From Calothrix sp. MO_192.B10 (lineage in GTDB: Bacteria; Cyanobacteriota; Cyanobacteriia; Cyanobacteriales; Nostocaceae): a DNA stretch of 48,000 nucleotides. Position 1 is the first letter of the stretch. Each line of letters opens with the position of its first letter. This document shows, in pieces, positions 9,068 to 18,488 of this stretch. The stretch is from positions 1-48,000 of the forward strand of contig JASJDS010000083.1 of NCBI GenBank assembly GCA_030065055.1, read 5' to 3'. Below the pieces are notes generated by a model. That model was not told the origin of the DNA and ran no database searches. It saw only the letters and a program-made list of their open reading frames with translations. Both the position numbers and the translations under genes were made by a program.

Positions 9068-9367
9068 TTAATACAATGCGTCTTCTTGGTGGGTTTGAAT
9101 TGTGCAGTCAGAAGTGGGGTAGGCAACGCAGGTGAGGACAAAACCTGCTGCAATTTGGTCATCATCTAAGAAAGCTTGGTCTGACTGATCTACTGTCCCT
9201 GCGATCATTTTGCCAGCACAGCTAGAACAAGAACCAGAACGGCATGATACTGGGAGGTCTATATCGTTTTCCTCCGCAGCATCAAAAATATACTGGTCGT
9301 CAGCCACATCAATAGTCTTGTCTAGTCCTTCGGCTTCGTTGACTAATTTGACTTTGTAAGTTGCCAT
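9068..9367 (-). CDS. Plant-type [2Fe-2S] ferredoxin (PetF/FdxH paralog)
   Basis: 99 aa, MATYKV...[13 protein letters not shown]...[16 protein letters not shown], carrying the four canonical Cys ligands. Confidence 0.92.
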   Translation of the reverse strand: MATYKVKLVNEAEGLDKTIDVADDQYIFDAAEENDIDLPVSCRSGSCSSCAGKMIAGTVDQSDQAFLDDDQIAAGFVLTCVAYPTSDCTIQTHQEDALY

Positions 9368-9443
9368 ATGTTCGTCCTCTTACGGTAGAATAACACTTTG
9401 GGTAGATAACACTGGGAAATGGATAATTATTAACGAATATTTA

Positions 9444-10064
9444 CTAATCATCATATATCCGACATTCAGGTGCGTCAGGGTTGGCTGCACAATATTCATC
9501 AAAGGAAGTTTTGGCTGATATCATGGGTTCTGCCTTTTGATGGGCTGCTTCTGCTTGCAGCTCCTCTACCTCATCCCAAGCTGCGGCACATTCTTTGGAA
9601 TCAGTACCTTTAGCACTACAAATAGCGCGAGCTTCTTCAATTGATTTTTGAATTCTCTCTTTTAACAACAGTTCTTTTGGCCTTTCCACAAAGTCACTCT
9701 TTGTGAGGATATCGCTAATGGAGATGATGCCTAATAGTTTGTCTTTAATCACAGGTGCCCTGCGGATGCGAGTATTGGCGAATAACCGAGCTACATATTC
9801 CACACCTAAACTTGGATTGACCACAATGCAGGGTTTGGTCATAATTTCATAAACTCGCATTTGTTGGGGATCTTTGCCGTAAGCTGCTACCTTGTAGACA
9901 ATATCTGTCTCCGTGATCATGCCATAGGCATCATCCTCATGGCGACAATCTACAACCAAAGCCCGCAGTCCTTTCTCTTTCATTAGTAACGTTGCTTCAG
10001 CAACCGTGGCGGAACCACGAATGGTGACTACGTCTTTGGTCATAATATCTTGAGCTTTCATCAT
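9444..10064 (-). CDS. CBS-CP12 fusion protein
   Basis: An N-terminal CBS pair is followed by a C-terminal CP12 module: CSAKGTDSKEC, AWDEVEEL, CAANPDAPECRIYDD. Confidence 0.88.
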   Translation of the reverse strand: MMKAQDIMTKDVVTIRGSATVAEATLLMKEKGLRALVVDCRHEDDAYGMITETDIVYKVAAYGKDPQQMRVYEIMTKPCIVVNPSLGVEYVARLFANTRIRRAPVIKDKLLGIISISDILTKSDFVERPKELLLKERIQKSIEEARAICSAKGTDSKECAAAWDEVEELQAEAAHQKAEPMISAKTSFDEYCAANPDAPECRIYDD

Positions 10065-10192
10065 TACTAGATTCCCCGGTTATTGTGATTTGAGTTAATA
10101 AAAAAAGTCAATTCTTTAGGTCAATTCACTATTATCTTAGGTCATAAGCGATTCCTATTTTAATTAATTGCCAGTACTTTCTAATATTTTTA

Positions 10193-10513
10193 TTAGATAG
10201 CATAAATAGTCACTTGATTGGGAGATGAATTTGTTTTTGCTGACGAAATATGTTGAGCCACAGAGCTGACATTGTCTGGGTTATCTGCATTTGGATATCT
10301 AGAAATTATCTGATTTGGTCTACCTGGTGCGTAAGCTTCTACAACACGCCCATTTAGAGAACACATGACCATCAGATAGTCACAGCTTGGGCATTCTGTC
10401 TGAGTCAATTGCTCCTCCGGACATTTCATATAAATAGTTTGAGAACTGCTAAAGAAGTGCCGTTTAGCAAAACTACCGCAGTTAGGGCAACGAACTATTT
10501 GATTTTTATCCAT
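10193..10513 (-). CDS. Zinc-ribbon hypothetical protein
   Basis: CPNCG...CPSC pairs. I prefer the ATG at 10513 because AGGAGG lies 8 nt upstream of it. The ORF track starts at a GTG at 10522. Confidence 0.5.
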   Translation of the reverse strand: MDKNQIVRCPNCGSFAKRHFFSSSQTIYMKCPEEQLTQTECPSCDYLMVMCSLNGRVVEAYAPGRPNQIISRYPNADNPDNVSSVAQHISSAKTNSSPNQVTIYAI

Positions 10514-10706
10514 TGCAGCCACCTCCTATTAACATTCTCAGTTGTTCAATTCTCGATTGATTAACTGATTAATTCTTAATTAAAGTTTGTACCTACCCTA
10601 AGGGAATACTATGAGAACAGAGATGGGTTCAATCTAAAATCCAAAATTGTTTGACCCATAGAACCTGAGTTACCATATTGACAAAGATCACTTTATCCTA
10701 ACGAAT

Positions 10707-11087
10707 ATGACTGCTGAACAATCCCCAGGAAAAAAAATTTGGGAAAGGCTAGAACGGGGACGGAAACTTAAGGCGGCTCAGGGAGGTTATGCTGGCTATG
10801 GCTCACCTGCTTTTGGTCTCACTTCTGCGAATGGTGAACTTGTAGAAGAACCCCAGGAACAGCAAGTAATAGACTTGATTCGCCGTCATCATAAATCTGG
10901 TAAATCCCTACAACAAGTAGCCGACTGGCTTAATCAGCATGGTTATCAAACTAAGCGTGGTCACCAGTGGAAACGAATCTCCGTAAAGCGAGTTCTAGAT
11001 AGACTTTATGGCAAAACACCCAGAATATCTGGTGTGAATAAATCTAAAGAAAATTCTGCCACAGAAAGTAACTCTGAAAATGTGTAA
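10707..11087 (+). CDS. Recombinase-domain protein lacking the resolvase catalytic domain (serine-recombinase remnant or domesticated fragment)
   Basis: The stretch RGRKLKAAQGGYAGYGSPAFG...GKSLQQVADWLNQHGYQTKRGHQWKRISVKRVLDRLY matches the post-catalytic 'recombinase' domain of large serine recombinases. No N-terminal Ser-catalytic domain is present in any frame upstream. Confidence 0.65.
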   Translation: MTAEQSPGKKIWERLERGRKLKAAQGGYAGYGSPAFGLTSANGELVEEPQEQQVIDLIRRHHKSGKSLQQVADWLNQHGYQTKRGHQWKRISVKRVLDRLYGKTPRISGVNKSKENSATESNSENV

Positions 11088-11291
11088 ATAACCTGATAAT
11101 GTGCTAACAGGCGGGAGATGTAAGTTGCTAAATCATTTCATTAACCTTTAAGGAGCTAAAAGCTTATTTGGATAAAGCTTATAGGCTTATGCTTTGTTAC
11201 ATCCCTAATTGTAATTCTTAATTGTCATAATGTCTATTAGCGATCGCCAAATAAAACCAAATCAAGCCAAATCAAGCCAAACAAGTTAGCC

Positions 11292-12482
11292 ATGCAACTG
11301 GATGACCCGTTAATTTGCACCCCAATTATAGAAGCGGCTATTGACCATCAACCCTTGACTGTTTCTCCGGATACACCACTGGTGACAGTGATTGATTTAA
11401 TGCATAAAACTAGGGGCAGTAGTTGTATGGTCTCTACTGAAAAGGCATCTTCAAGTTTTCCTGCCATGCATGAGGCGCGTTCTAGTTGCATTTTAATCAC
11501 AGAGAATACGAAATTAATAGGTATTTTTACAGAGAGAGATATTGTACGGCTAACAGCGGGTGGGATTAACTTTGAAGCAGTCACAATTGGTTCTGTAATG
11601 GTAAAGTCGGTGATTACTCTGCCAAAATCGGCTTGTCAGGATATTTTTGCGGCTCTATTTTTGTTTCGTCGCTATCGGATTCGCCATTTACCAGTGGTAG
11701 GGGAAGAAGGTGAATTATTAGGGGTTGTTTCCCCAGAAAGTATTAGACGGGTATTACGCCCTGCAAATCTCCTCAAACTCAGGCGCGTATCTGAGGTGAT
11801 GACAACTAAATTGATTCATGCTCCAATGACAACTTCAGTCATGCATATCGCCAAATTAATGGCAAAGCATCAGGTTAGTTGTGTAGTAATTACTGAAGAG
11901 ATTGAGTCTGAGTTAGAGCATGTGGGGACTATTCCTGTAGGAATTATCACAGAAAGAGACATTGTCCAGTTTGGGGCTTTGCAGCTGGATTTGTCTCAAC
12001 TAAAGGCTGAAACAGTCATGAGTACGCCACTGTTTTTGCTTTCCCCAGAAGATTCTCTGTGGACAGCCCATCAAGAAATGCTGCGCCGTAACGTACAAAG
12101 ATTAGTTGTATCTTGGGATTGGGGCAAAGGTTTGGGTATAGTTACTCAAACTAATCTACTGCGAATATTTGACCCGATGGAAATGTATGGTGTGATTGAA
12201 ACCTTGCAGCATACAGTTCAACAAATAGAAACTGAAAAAGATCAAAATTCGTCTCATAATCAAGATCCATTAAAACAGTCTTTACCTACCGATAAACAAT
12301 CCAGTAACAGCCATGTAGAAACCTCCAATGAGTTACAAAACCTTCTATCTGGGATGAAAAATTGCCTGGAAAGCTTGGTTTGCGAACCCGATATATCTCC
12401 AGAAAAAAGGCAGAAAAAACTGATGTCTGCTTTAGCTAGGATTGAGAAACTGGAAAGTCTCGTACAAAAGTCAAGCTGTTGA
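11292..12482 (+). CDS. CBS-domain protein (two CBS pairs) with a polar / coiled-coil tail
   Basis: Repeated CBS signatures: GIFTERDIVR, HLPVVGEEGELLGVVS, GIITERDIVQ, LVVSWDWGKGLGIVTQTNLL. Confidence 0.8.
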   Translation: MQLDDPLICTPIIEAAIDHQPLTVSPDTPLVTVIDLMHKTRGSSCMVSTEKASSSFPAMHEARSSCILITENTKLIGIFTERDIVRLTAGGINFEAVTIGSVMVKSVITLPKSACQDIFAALFLFRRYRIRHLPVVGEEGELLGVVSPESIRRVLRPANLLKLRRVSEVMTTKLIHAPMTTSVMHIAKLMAKHQVSCVVITEEIESELEHVGTIPVGIITERDIVQFGALQLDLSQLKAETVMSTPLFLLSPEDSLWTAHQEMLRRNVQRLVVSWDWGKGLGIVTQTNLLRIFDPMEMYGVIETLQHTVQQIETEKDQNSSHNQDPLKQSLPTDKQSSNSHVETSNELQNLLSGMKNCLESLVCEPDISPEKRQKKLMSALARIEKLESLVQKSSC

Positions 12483-12665
12483 AACTCTCCCGCTCTCACA
12501 TAGTGTGCGCGGAACGCCCGTAATCGTAAGGAGTGTGGTGAGAGACAAGATTGCTCCACTAGAAAATAATACCAATTTCAAAAAAGAATGGGACAAATAG
12601 ATTCTTGTTCGGTGAGGTAGCATTGCTACATCTCTACCGAGTGATATCGTTTCTGGTTGCATCTG

Positions 12666-12783
12666 ATACCAAGTTGCGTTCTATCATAGTAGTTCGAGTC
12701 AATGAGATTGCTGCCTACCCTGCGGGAACGCTAAGAGCGAACGTCGCAATGACTGGGTACTATCTTTGAATGCAACTTAGTAT
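12666..12783. mobile_element. MITE-like element with ATACCAAGTTGCGTTC...GAATGCAACTTAGTAT termini
   Basis: Imperfect terminal inverted repeats of about 28 bp, read directly. Confidence 0.55.
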
Positions 12784-12835
12784 GAATTATAATTCCGATA
12801 TAAACGGATTTGATATGATGTGTTGCGATTATTTA

Positions 12836-12976
12836 TTAAATCAGTATCCAGCCATCTCCCTCACCATAAGCTGAGGCTTCTTGGGATTCATAGGGACAAG
12901 CCACAACGAATTTACCCTGGTAAAACGATTCTTCCCGGTAGGCAAGTCCCATATCACATAAGTGTTCGAGGCGCAT
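12836..12976 (-). CDS. Small hypothetical protein (46 aa), not in the supplied ORF track
   Basis: ATG at 12976 is preceded by AGGAG plus an 8-nt spacer. Translation: MRLEHLCDMGLAYREESFYQGKFVVACPYESQEASAYGEGDGWILI*. The stretch is visibly more GC-rich than its AT-rich flanks. Confidence 0.4.
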   Translation of the reverse strand: MRLEHLCDMGLAYREESFYQGKFVVACPYESQEASAYGEGDGWILI

Positions 12977-13230
12977 TTTATATACTCCTGTTTCTTGCTT
13001 TCACAAAATTAATTTATAAAGCGATCAGGAATAACTATATTAAATATTTTATATGTAACATTACTAATACTAATTCATAATTATTCTGCCACATCTGAGT
13101 CAACATATTTGGCATTGCTAACCAGGGCACTACTGAATGAATAAATGCGTCACCTATTTTACTGTGCTTTGACACATACCCAATGAATTATTAACTGTTA
13201 ATTGATGAATCAGCAATCCTTGTAATTTCT

Positions 13231-14544
13231 ATGACGACTACATTAGACTTGATTTTTCAACTTTGGCGACAATTTAAAAAGAAACTTCTTACATTCCTAT
13301 TTGTAGTATCATTAGTTACAGTATTGGTGGCACAAAGTTTTAGTCCTGCGATCGCACAATTGCCTCCACTAAATCCAGTATATCCAACTCCCCAAGTTCC
13401 TCAAGTTCCCCAAGTTCCTCAAGCTCCTCCAGTTCCTCAAGTTCCTCAAGCTCCTCTAATTCCTCCAGTCCCCCAAATACCCCGTCAGGAAATTCGTGGT
13501 GTATGGATGACTACCAATGATTTTAATGTACTCAAGTCTCGTTCCAAAGTGCTGGATGCTGTCACTAAATTACGCCGGTTGAACTTTAATACCATTTATC
13601 CCGTAGTTTGGAACTCAGGTTATACCAAGTATCCTAGTGCTGTGGCGAAGCAAGTTGGTATTCCCTTTTTCTTTCGCGGTAAAAATGGACAAGATATTCT
13701 GGCTGACTTGATAAATCAAGCCCATCGTCAGAAATTAATGGTAATTCCCTGGTTTGAGTTTGGTTTCATGACTCCCCTGACTTCAGAATTGGCTTTAAAC
13801 CGTCCCAATTGGCTGACACAGAAGCGGGATGGTAGTCAAACTTCTATTAGTGCTGCGGGTGAGGTTGCTTGGCTGAATCCTTTTCTCCCAGAGGTACAAC
13901 GGTTCATCACTAACCTCATACTAGAAGTTGTAACTAGATATGATGTTGATGGGATTCAGTTTGATGACCACATGAGTTTACCTCGTGAGTTTGGTTACGA
14001 TAAATATACTGTGGCTTTATATACCCAAGAAATGGAGAAAGCACCCCCCAGTAATCCTGACGATGCAGATTGGGTAAAATGGCGTGCTGATAAAATCACA
14101 GAATTTATGGTAAACCTAAACCAAGCGGTAAAGGCTAGAAAACCCCATGTGATTTTCTCTGTTTCTCCTAATTACTATGACTTTGCCTATAAATTACAAC
14201 TACAAGATTGGCTGGCTTGGGTACGCCAAAATATTGTTGATGAACTAGTAGTACAGGTTTACCGCCATAATCAACAGAGTTTTGTAGCTAAAATTTCCCG
14301 CCCAGAAATGGAAGAAGCCCAGCAAAGAATTTCCACCGGAGTCGGTATTATGGCTGGGTTACGTAATAAGCCGGTTCCCATGAGACAAATTCAATCCCAG
14401 GTAAGGGCTGCTAAAAGCCGTGGTTTGGGTGTAGTCTTTTTCTACTATGAGAGCTTATGGAAAAAAACTCAAGAAAGTACTCAACAGCGTCAAGCTGGAT
14501 TTAGAAATTTATTTCCTAATCCTGCACTCCGGGCGCGAATTTAA
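13231..14544 (+). CDS. Glycoside hydrolase family-10-like protein (GHL10/DUF187) with an N-terminal TM/signal segment and a (PQV)n linker
   Basis: IRGVWMTTNDFNVL...NFNTIYPVVWNSGYTKYPS...DGIQFDDHMSLP matches the GHL10 family. The hydrophobic N-terminus is followed by PQVPQVPQVPQAPPVPQVPQAP. Confidence 0.75.
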   Translation: MTTTLDLIFQLWRQFKKKLLTFLFVVSLVTVLVAQSFSPAIAQLPPLNPVYPTPQVPQVPQVPQAPPVPQVPQAPLIPPVPQIPRQEIRGVWMTTNDFNVLKSRSKVLDAVTKLRRLNFNTIYPVVWNSGYTKYPSAVAKQVGIPFFFRGKNGQDILADLINQAHRQKLMVIPWFEFGFMTPLTSELALNRPNWLTQKRDGSQTSISAAGEVAWLNPFLPEVQRFITNLILEVVTRYDVDGIQFDDHMSLPREFGYDKYTVALYTQEMEKAPPSNPDDADWVKWRADKITEFMVNLNQAVKARKPHVIFSVSPNYYDFAYKLQLQDWLAWVRQNIVDELVVQVYRHNQQSFVAKISRPEMEEAQQRISTGVGIMAGLRNKPVPMRQIQSQVRAAKSRGLGVVFFYYESLWKKTQESTQQRQAGFRNLFPNPALRARI

Positions 14545-14769
14545 GATGTAATTATAGCTTGGGGCGGGCATTCCTGCCCCCTGCTGATAACGACTGAACT
14601 TAAAATATTCTATTTTTTATTGACAAAAAATAAACAGAATACAAGCCGTGTGGATTTATTGGTGGGGAATCAAAAATTTTTTTGTGAGTTTCATTAGCCC
14701 TTCGATTTATCGATGGGGTAACTGATAAATGAAATGACAGTTTCTTGCCAAAACCAAGAGTATTTTAAA

Positions 14770-15093
14770 TTATTCGTTCTCTGGATCAAATAATTCTAAT
14801 AATCCAACTGTACCCACAAAAAAAGTATAAGCAGCGTATTTAAAGGCTATCTTATTCTTTCTTGGTGCAAAGTAAGCAGCTATTATCCCCTCAATCAAAT
14901 GTGCGCCAACAACAAAGCGGGCAAACCAAACAATAGGATGGAGACTCTCGGATATTTGTGTGGTCACGAAATTTGCAGAAAGATTCCATAGTTCTAGTCC
15001 AATGCCAGTCAGTATAAGAACTATCGATAGTAGTTTAATTGGCAGTAAGATTTGTTTATATCTTAATCTCATACTCGTACTTTCTGCATACAC
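14770..15093 (-). CDS. Small integral membrane protein (about 3 TM), hypothetical
   Basis: The ORF contains hydrophobic segments. An alternative start is MRLRYK at 15072. Confidence 0.5.
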   Translation of the reverse strand: MYAESTSMRLRYKQILLPIKLLSIVLILTGIGLELWNLSANFVTTQISESLHPIVWFARFVVGAHLIEGIIAAYFAPRKNKIAFKYAAYTFFVGTVGLLELFDPENE

Positions 15094-16175
15094 AATTGTG
15101 ATATTACTATCTAGCTAATAACCGCAATTAATAATAAGTTCAAGTTATACTACTAGAGGATTGGCGACAATATCGGGATTAGGAGCGATCGCTGTTGATA
15201 TTATTTCCGTGGACAAAAATCAATATTACGTAATTTTTTCAACTTTGGCTCTTCGGTACTTGTCATGGCGAATCATATCATAAAAAGCCTGAAATCCTTG
15301 TTAGATAATAAAAATGGGTATCTTACATTATCTTTGACGTTTTTGCAGCAATTTGGGCGTTTTATCCTTGACTTTAGCCTAAATTTTACATATTTAACTC
15401 ATAGCTTGCCATAGTACCTAGGGAAGAGCCTTAACTTATTAACATATTCTCCTATTTTTCTTCATCAAAACTTTACATAACTCAAAGCATATGCACGTGT
15501 ATAATTACACTTGCTGAATCAAAAAAGAATAAACGTATTAGGGTGTGCATCACTATTTGTATTCTACTATCAAATCTGAGGTGAGTCTAACCTATGGGGC
15601 ATTTATCTATCGTCAAACAAACTGAGCATCATCTTCACCTAGGTGGAGTCTTGCTGGCGAAATATAACTAATATAGGCGAACAGAAGTATTCAGTTATTT
15701 TTCGACAACATAACTAGCTGGGGAGTCGTAAAAGCTTTGGAATTTTACCAAAAAAGATTCTCAGCATTTTTAGCTGTTTACTTACTTTAGCTCCTATTAG
15801 CGATCGCGGAGCTAATAAAGTACCAAGGAAATAACTATTTCAGTAAATGCTGAGTCACAACTTTACCCAGGCATTTTCAACTAGTGTATGTGGGATTATC
15901 TACATCTTAATTAATCATGTATGACTTAGAAAACTGATATTTGCATGAAACCTGCAAAGCAAGGTAGGTCTCACAAGTATTCATGTCCACAAAAAACATC
16001 GCAGATTTGCAGACAATTTTATCTGCAAAAGTTGTTATTGTATCTAATTCGTAGTTCAGTCTTTAAATAAACAAAGTATAGAGATGTTCCAATTCTTGCA
16101 GATATAGCAAGATTTTACTCTGGCTAGAGCACTTGATTAATAACCTTCGACAAAACGTACTAGGGTGGTTTAGGG

Positions 16176-16985
16176 ATGCAAATGTTTGATGAAGTGGTGT
16201 TATTAGGGACTAGATTTCACAAGCTCAAAGTCGAGGAATTGATTGATTATACAGTAAAAGCAGCAAAGTTAAGCAAAAAAACCACTATCAGTAACGTCAA
16301 TGTTCGAGCAATGAACTTTGCTTATGAACTACCTTGGTACAAAGATTTTATCAATAAGTCAGATTTAGTCTTTTGCGATGGATTTGGCGTACTGTTAGGA
16401 GCAAAAGCTTGTGGCTGTTGTATGGATTCATCCCATCGCATGACTTGTCCGGACTACATTGAAAATTTGGCATTAACTTGCGAACGAGAAAATGTGTCTT
16501 TGTTCCTATTGGCAGGTAAACCAGGTACAGTAGACAAAGCTATTAGTAAACTAAAAGCGATCGCTCCGAACTTAAAGATTAAAGGACATCACGGATATTT
16601 TGAGAAGTCCGGGAAAGAAAATGCATCTGTAATTGAACAAATCAATGCATTTAAACCAGATATTTTGTATGTCGGCTTTGGGATGCCATTACAGGAAAAT
16701 TGGATTCAAAAAAACTTAGATAGAATTGATGCTAAAGTATTTTTACCTTTAGGAGCCTGTCTTGATTTTTATACAGGTTCAGTCTACAGGGGCCCGCGCT
16801 GGATGACCGATAACGGAATGGAGTGGTTGTCAAGGTTCTTCACAGAACCACAGAGGTTGTGGGAACGTTATGTGATTGGGAATCCATTATTCTTTTTGCG
16901 TTTATTTAAAGCATGGTTGAAAAAAGCTTTTAATAGCTACTACAAACATCTGTACAATCTTAATTCTATCGAGAAGCAAAGCTAA
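16176..16985 (+). CDS. WecB/TagA/CpsF-family glycosyltransferase (GT26)
   Basis: FCDGFGVLLGAK, GFGMPLQENWI and LPLGACLDFYTGSVYRGPRWM...MEWLSRFFTEPQRLWERY are family signatures. Confidence 0.88.
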   Translation: MQMFDEVVLLGTRFHKLKVEELIDYTVKAAKLSKKTTISNVNVRAMNFAYELPWYKDFINKSDLVFCDGFGVLLGAKACGCCMDSSHRMTCPDYIENLALTCERENVSLFLLAGKPGTVDKAISKLKAIAPNLKIKGHHGYFEKSGKENASVIEQINAFKPDILYVGFGMPLQENWIQKNLDRIDAKVFLPLGACLDFYTGSVYRGPRWMTDNGMEWLSRFFTEPQRLWERYVIGNPLFFLRLFKAWLKKAFNSYYKHLYNLNSIEKQS

Positions 16986-16987
16986 TC

Positions 16988-18415
16988 ATGTCTTATATAA
17001 CAATACCAACTACAACTTTTAAACCAGATATCAGGTCTCCGCGAAAAACCATCATACAAAGGGGATTCCCCATTAGACTTTTGCGGATAATTACCCTGAT
17101 TATGCTAGACGTTATGTCTCTAAATTTGGCATATAATTTAGCGATTGTCTATGGTAATAGTTCATATTTTACTCAACCAGATAATATTCCCTGGCAACTA
17201 CTGTTTGTCACAGTTAGTATTAGCATAAATGCGGTAAACAAATTATATTCGCCTGGAAAACAACGCCGTAATTATCTTGGTTTAATTCAAGCCATATCTC
17301 TATCTGAGCTTTTTTTATTGCTGGTTGTTTTTCTAGGTGGAGCAGATACATATTTATCTCGTTTAACTTTTCTTTTCTCTTGGCTTTTTTCAATAGCTTT
17401 TATTTGTACTGCTCGCTTTACTTTTGATGTGGCGGCTAATTTGCTTCGTAGCAAAGAAATTCTACTTCATTCTGCTTTCCTAATTACTGAGCCAGAAGAG
17501 AAAGATAAATATCTTCGGATAGTAGAGCAAGAGAATAGCTACACAGTCCAAGGAGTCGCCGAGCCTAGCTGTTTAGATTTAAAGAACCGAGAAGCAACTT
17601 TTGATTATCTACATAAACAAGGGATAGAGGAAGTTTTTGTTTCTTGGAACTCGATTAAAAATCGCCTATATATTTGCTGGAATTTCCATACATCCGGTAT
17701 TGTCTTGCGAATTTTACCAAATCAAATTGAAAGTTATCATCCAAAATCAGAAGTTGCCATGATAGGTGAAGTCCCTTGTATGACAATTCCAGGGCAGATT
17801 GTTACAGGGATTGATTTTTGGATCAAAAGGTTATTTGACCTGTGTGGTGCAACAATACTATTAATTTTACTTTCCCCTCTTTATTTGGGAATTGCGATAC
17901 TGATTAAGTTAGATTCCCCTGGAGCCATATTTTTTAAGCAAAAACGAGTTGGTTTGCATGGAAAGGAATTTCAAATTTGGAAATTTCGGACAATGGTTGC
18001 CAATGCAGAAAAATTGCAGGCCAGTTTAGAAGCAAAAAATCAAATTAAGGATGGTGTCTTATTTAAAATAAAAGATGACCCTCGGATTACAAGAGTAGGT
18101 AAATTTTTACGGTCTTACAGTTTAGATGAATTACCTCAAATCTTTAATGTTTTACTAGGGCAAATGAGTTTAGTGGGTCCTCGTCCTCTCCCACTAAGAG
18201 ATGTGGAAAAATTCCAAACTAAACATTTTATTCGTCAAGAAGTATTACCTGGGATTACTGGACTGTGGCAAGTTTCTGGTCGTTCTAATATTGATAATTT
18301 TGAAGATGGAGTCAAATTAGATATCTCATACATCGAGAATTGGTCATTTTGGTTAGATTTAAAAATTTTACTGGCAACATTTGAAGTAGTTTTACGAAAG
18401 AAGGGTGCCTACTAA
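16988..18415 (+). CDS. Polyprenyl-phosphate sugar phosphotransferase (WbaP/EpsL/HepC-like priming enzyme)
   Basis: N-terminal TM helices, then KRLFDL...PGAIFFKQKRVGLHGKEFQIWKFRTM...DELPQIFNVLLGQMSLVGPRP. Confidence 0.9.
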   Translation: MSYITIPTTTFKPDIRSPRKTIIQRGFPIRLLRIITLIMLDVMSLNLAYNLAIVYGNSSYFTQPDNIPWQLLFVTVSISINAVNKLYSPGKQRRNYLGLIQAISLSELFLLLVVFLGGADTYLSRLTFLFSWLFSIAFICTARFTFDVAANLLRSKEILLHSAFLITEPEEKDKYLRIVEQENSYTVQGVAEPSCLDLKNREATFDYLHKQGIEEVFVSWNSIKNRLYICWNFHTSGIVLRILPNQIESYHPKSEVAMIGEVPCMTIPGQIVTGIDFWIKRLFDLCGATILLILLSPLYLGIAILIKLDSPGAIFFKQKRVGLHGKEFQIWKFRTMVANAEKLQASLEAKNQIKDGVLFKIKDDPRITRVGKFLRSYSLDELPQIFNVLLGQMSLVGPRPLPLRDVEKFQTKHFIRQEVLPGITGLWQVSGRSNIDNFEDGVKLDISYIENWSFWLDLKILLATFEVVLRKKGAY

Positions 18416-18488
18416 TTATCGTGCCAAACAGAGGGTAAATAATCAATCAATTATCCATAAGTATCTATAACTCCAAAGAGAGTAAACC

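Noticed and set aside
10615-10645. tRNA-like T-arm motif GGGTTCAATCT
   Set aside because: No matching acceptor stem, D-arm or anticodon stem could be built from the flanking sequence.
12820-13080. 86-aa plus-strand ORF
   Set aside because: It has a non-ATG start, a low-complexity AT-rich tail and no RBS. The opposite strand carries a better small ORF with AGGAG.
15594-15671. 25-codon ORF (MGHLSIVKQTEHHLHLGGVLLAKYN) with GAGGTG upstream
   Set aside because: It is too short and unsupported to call as a gene. It is mentioned only as a possible leader peptide in the finding on the long ORF-free region.
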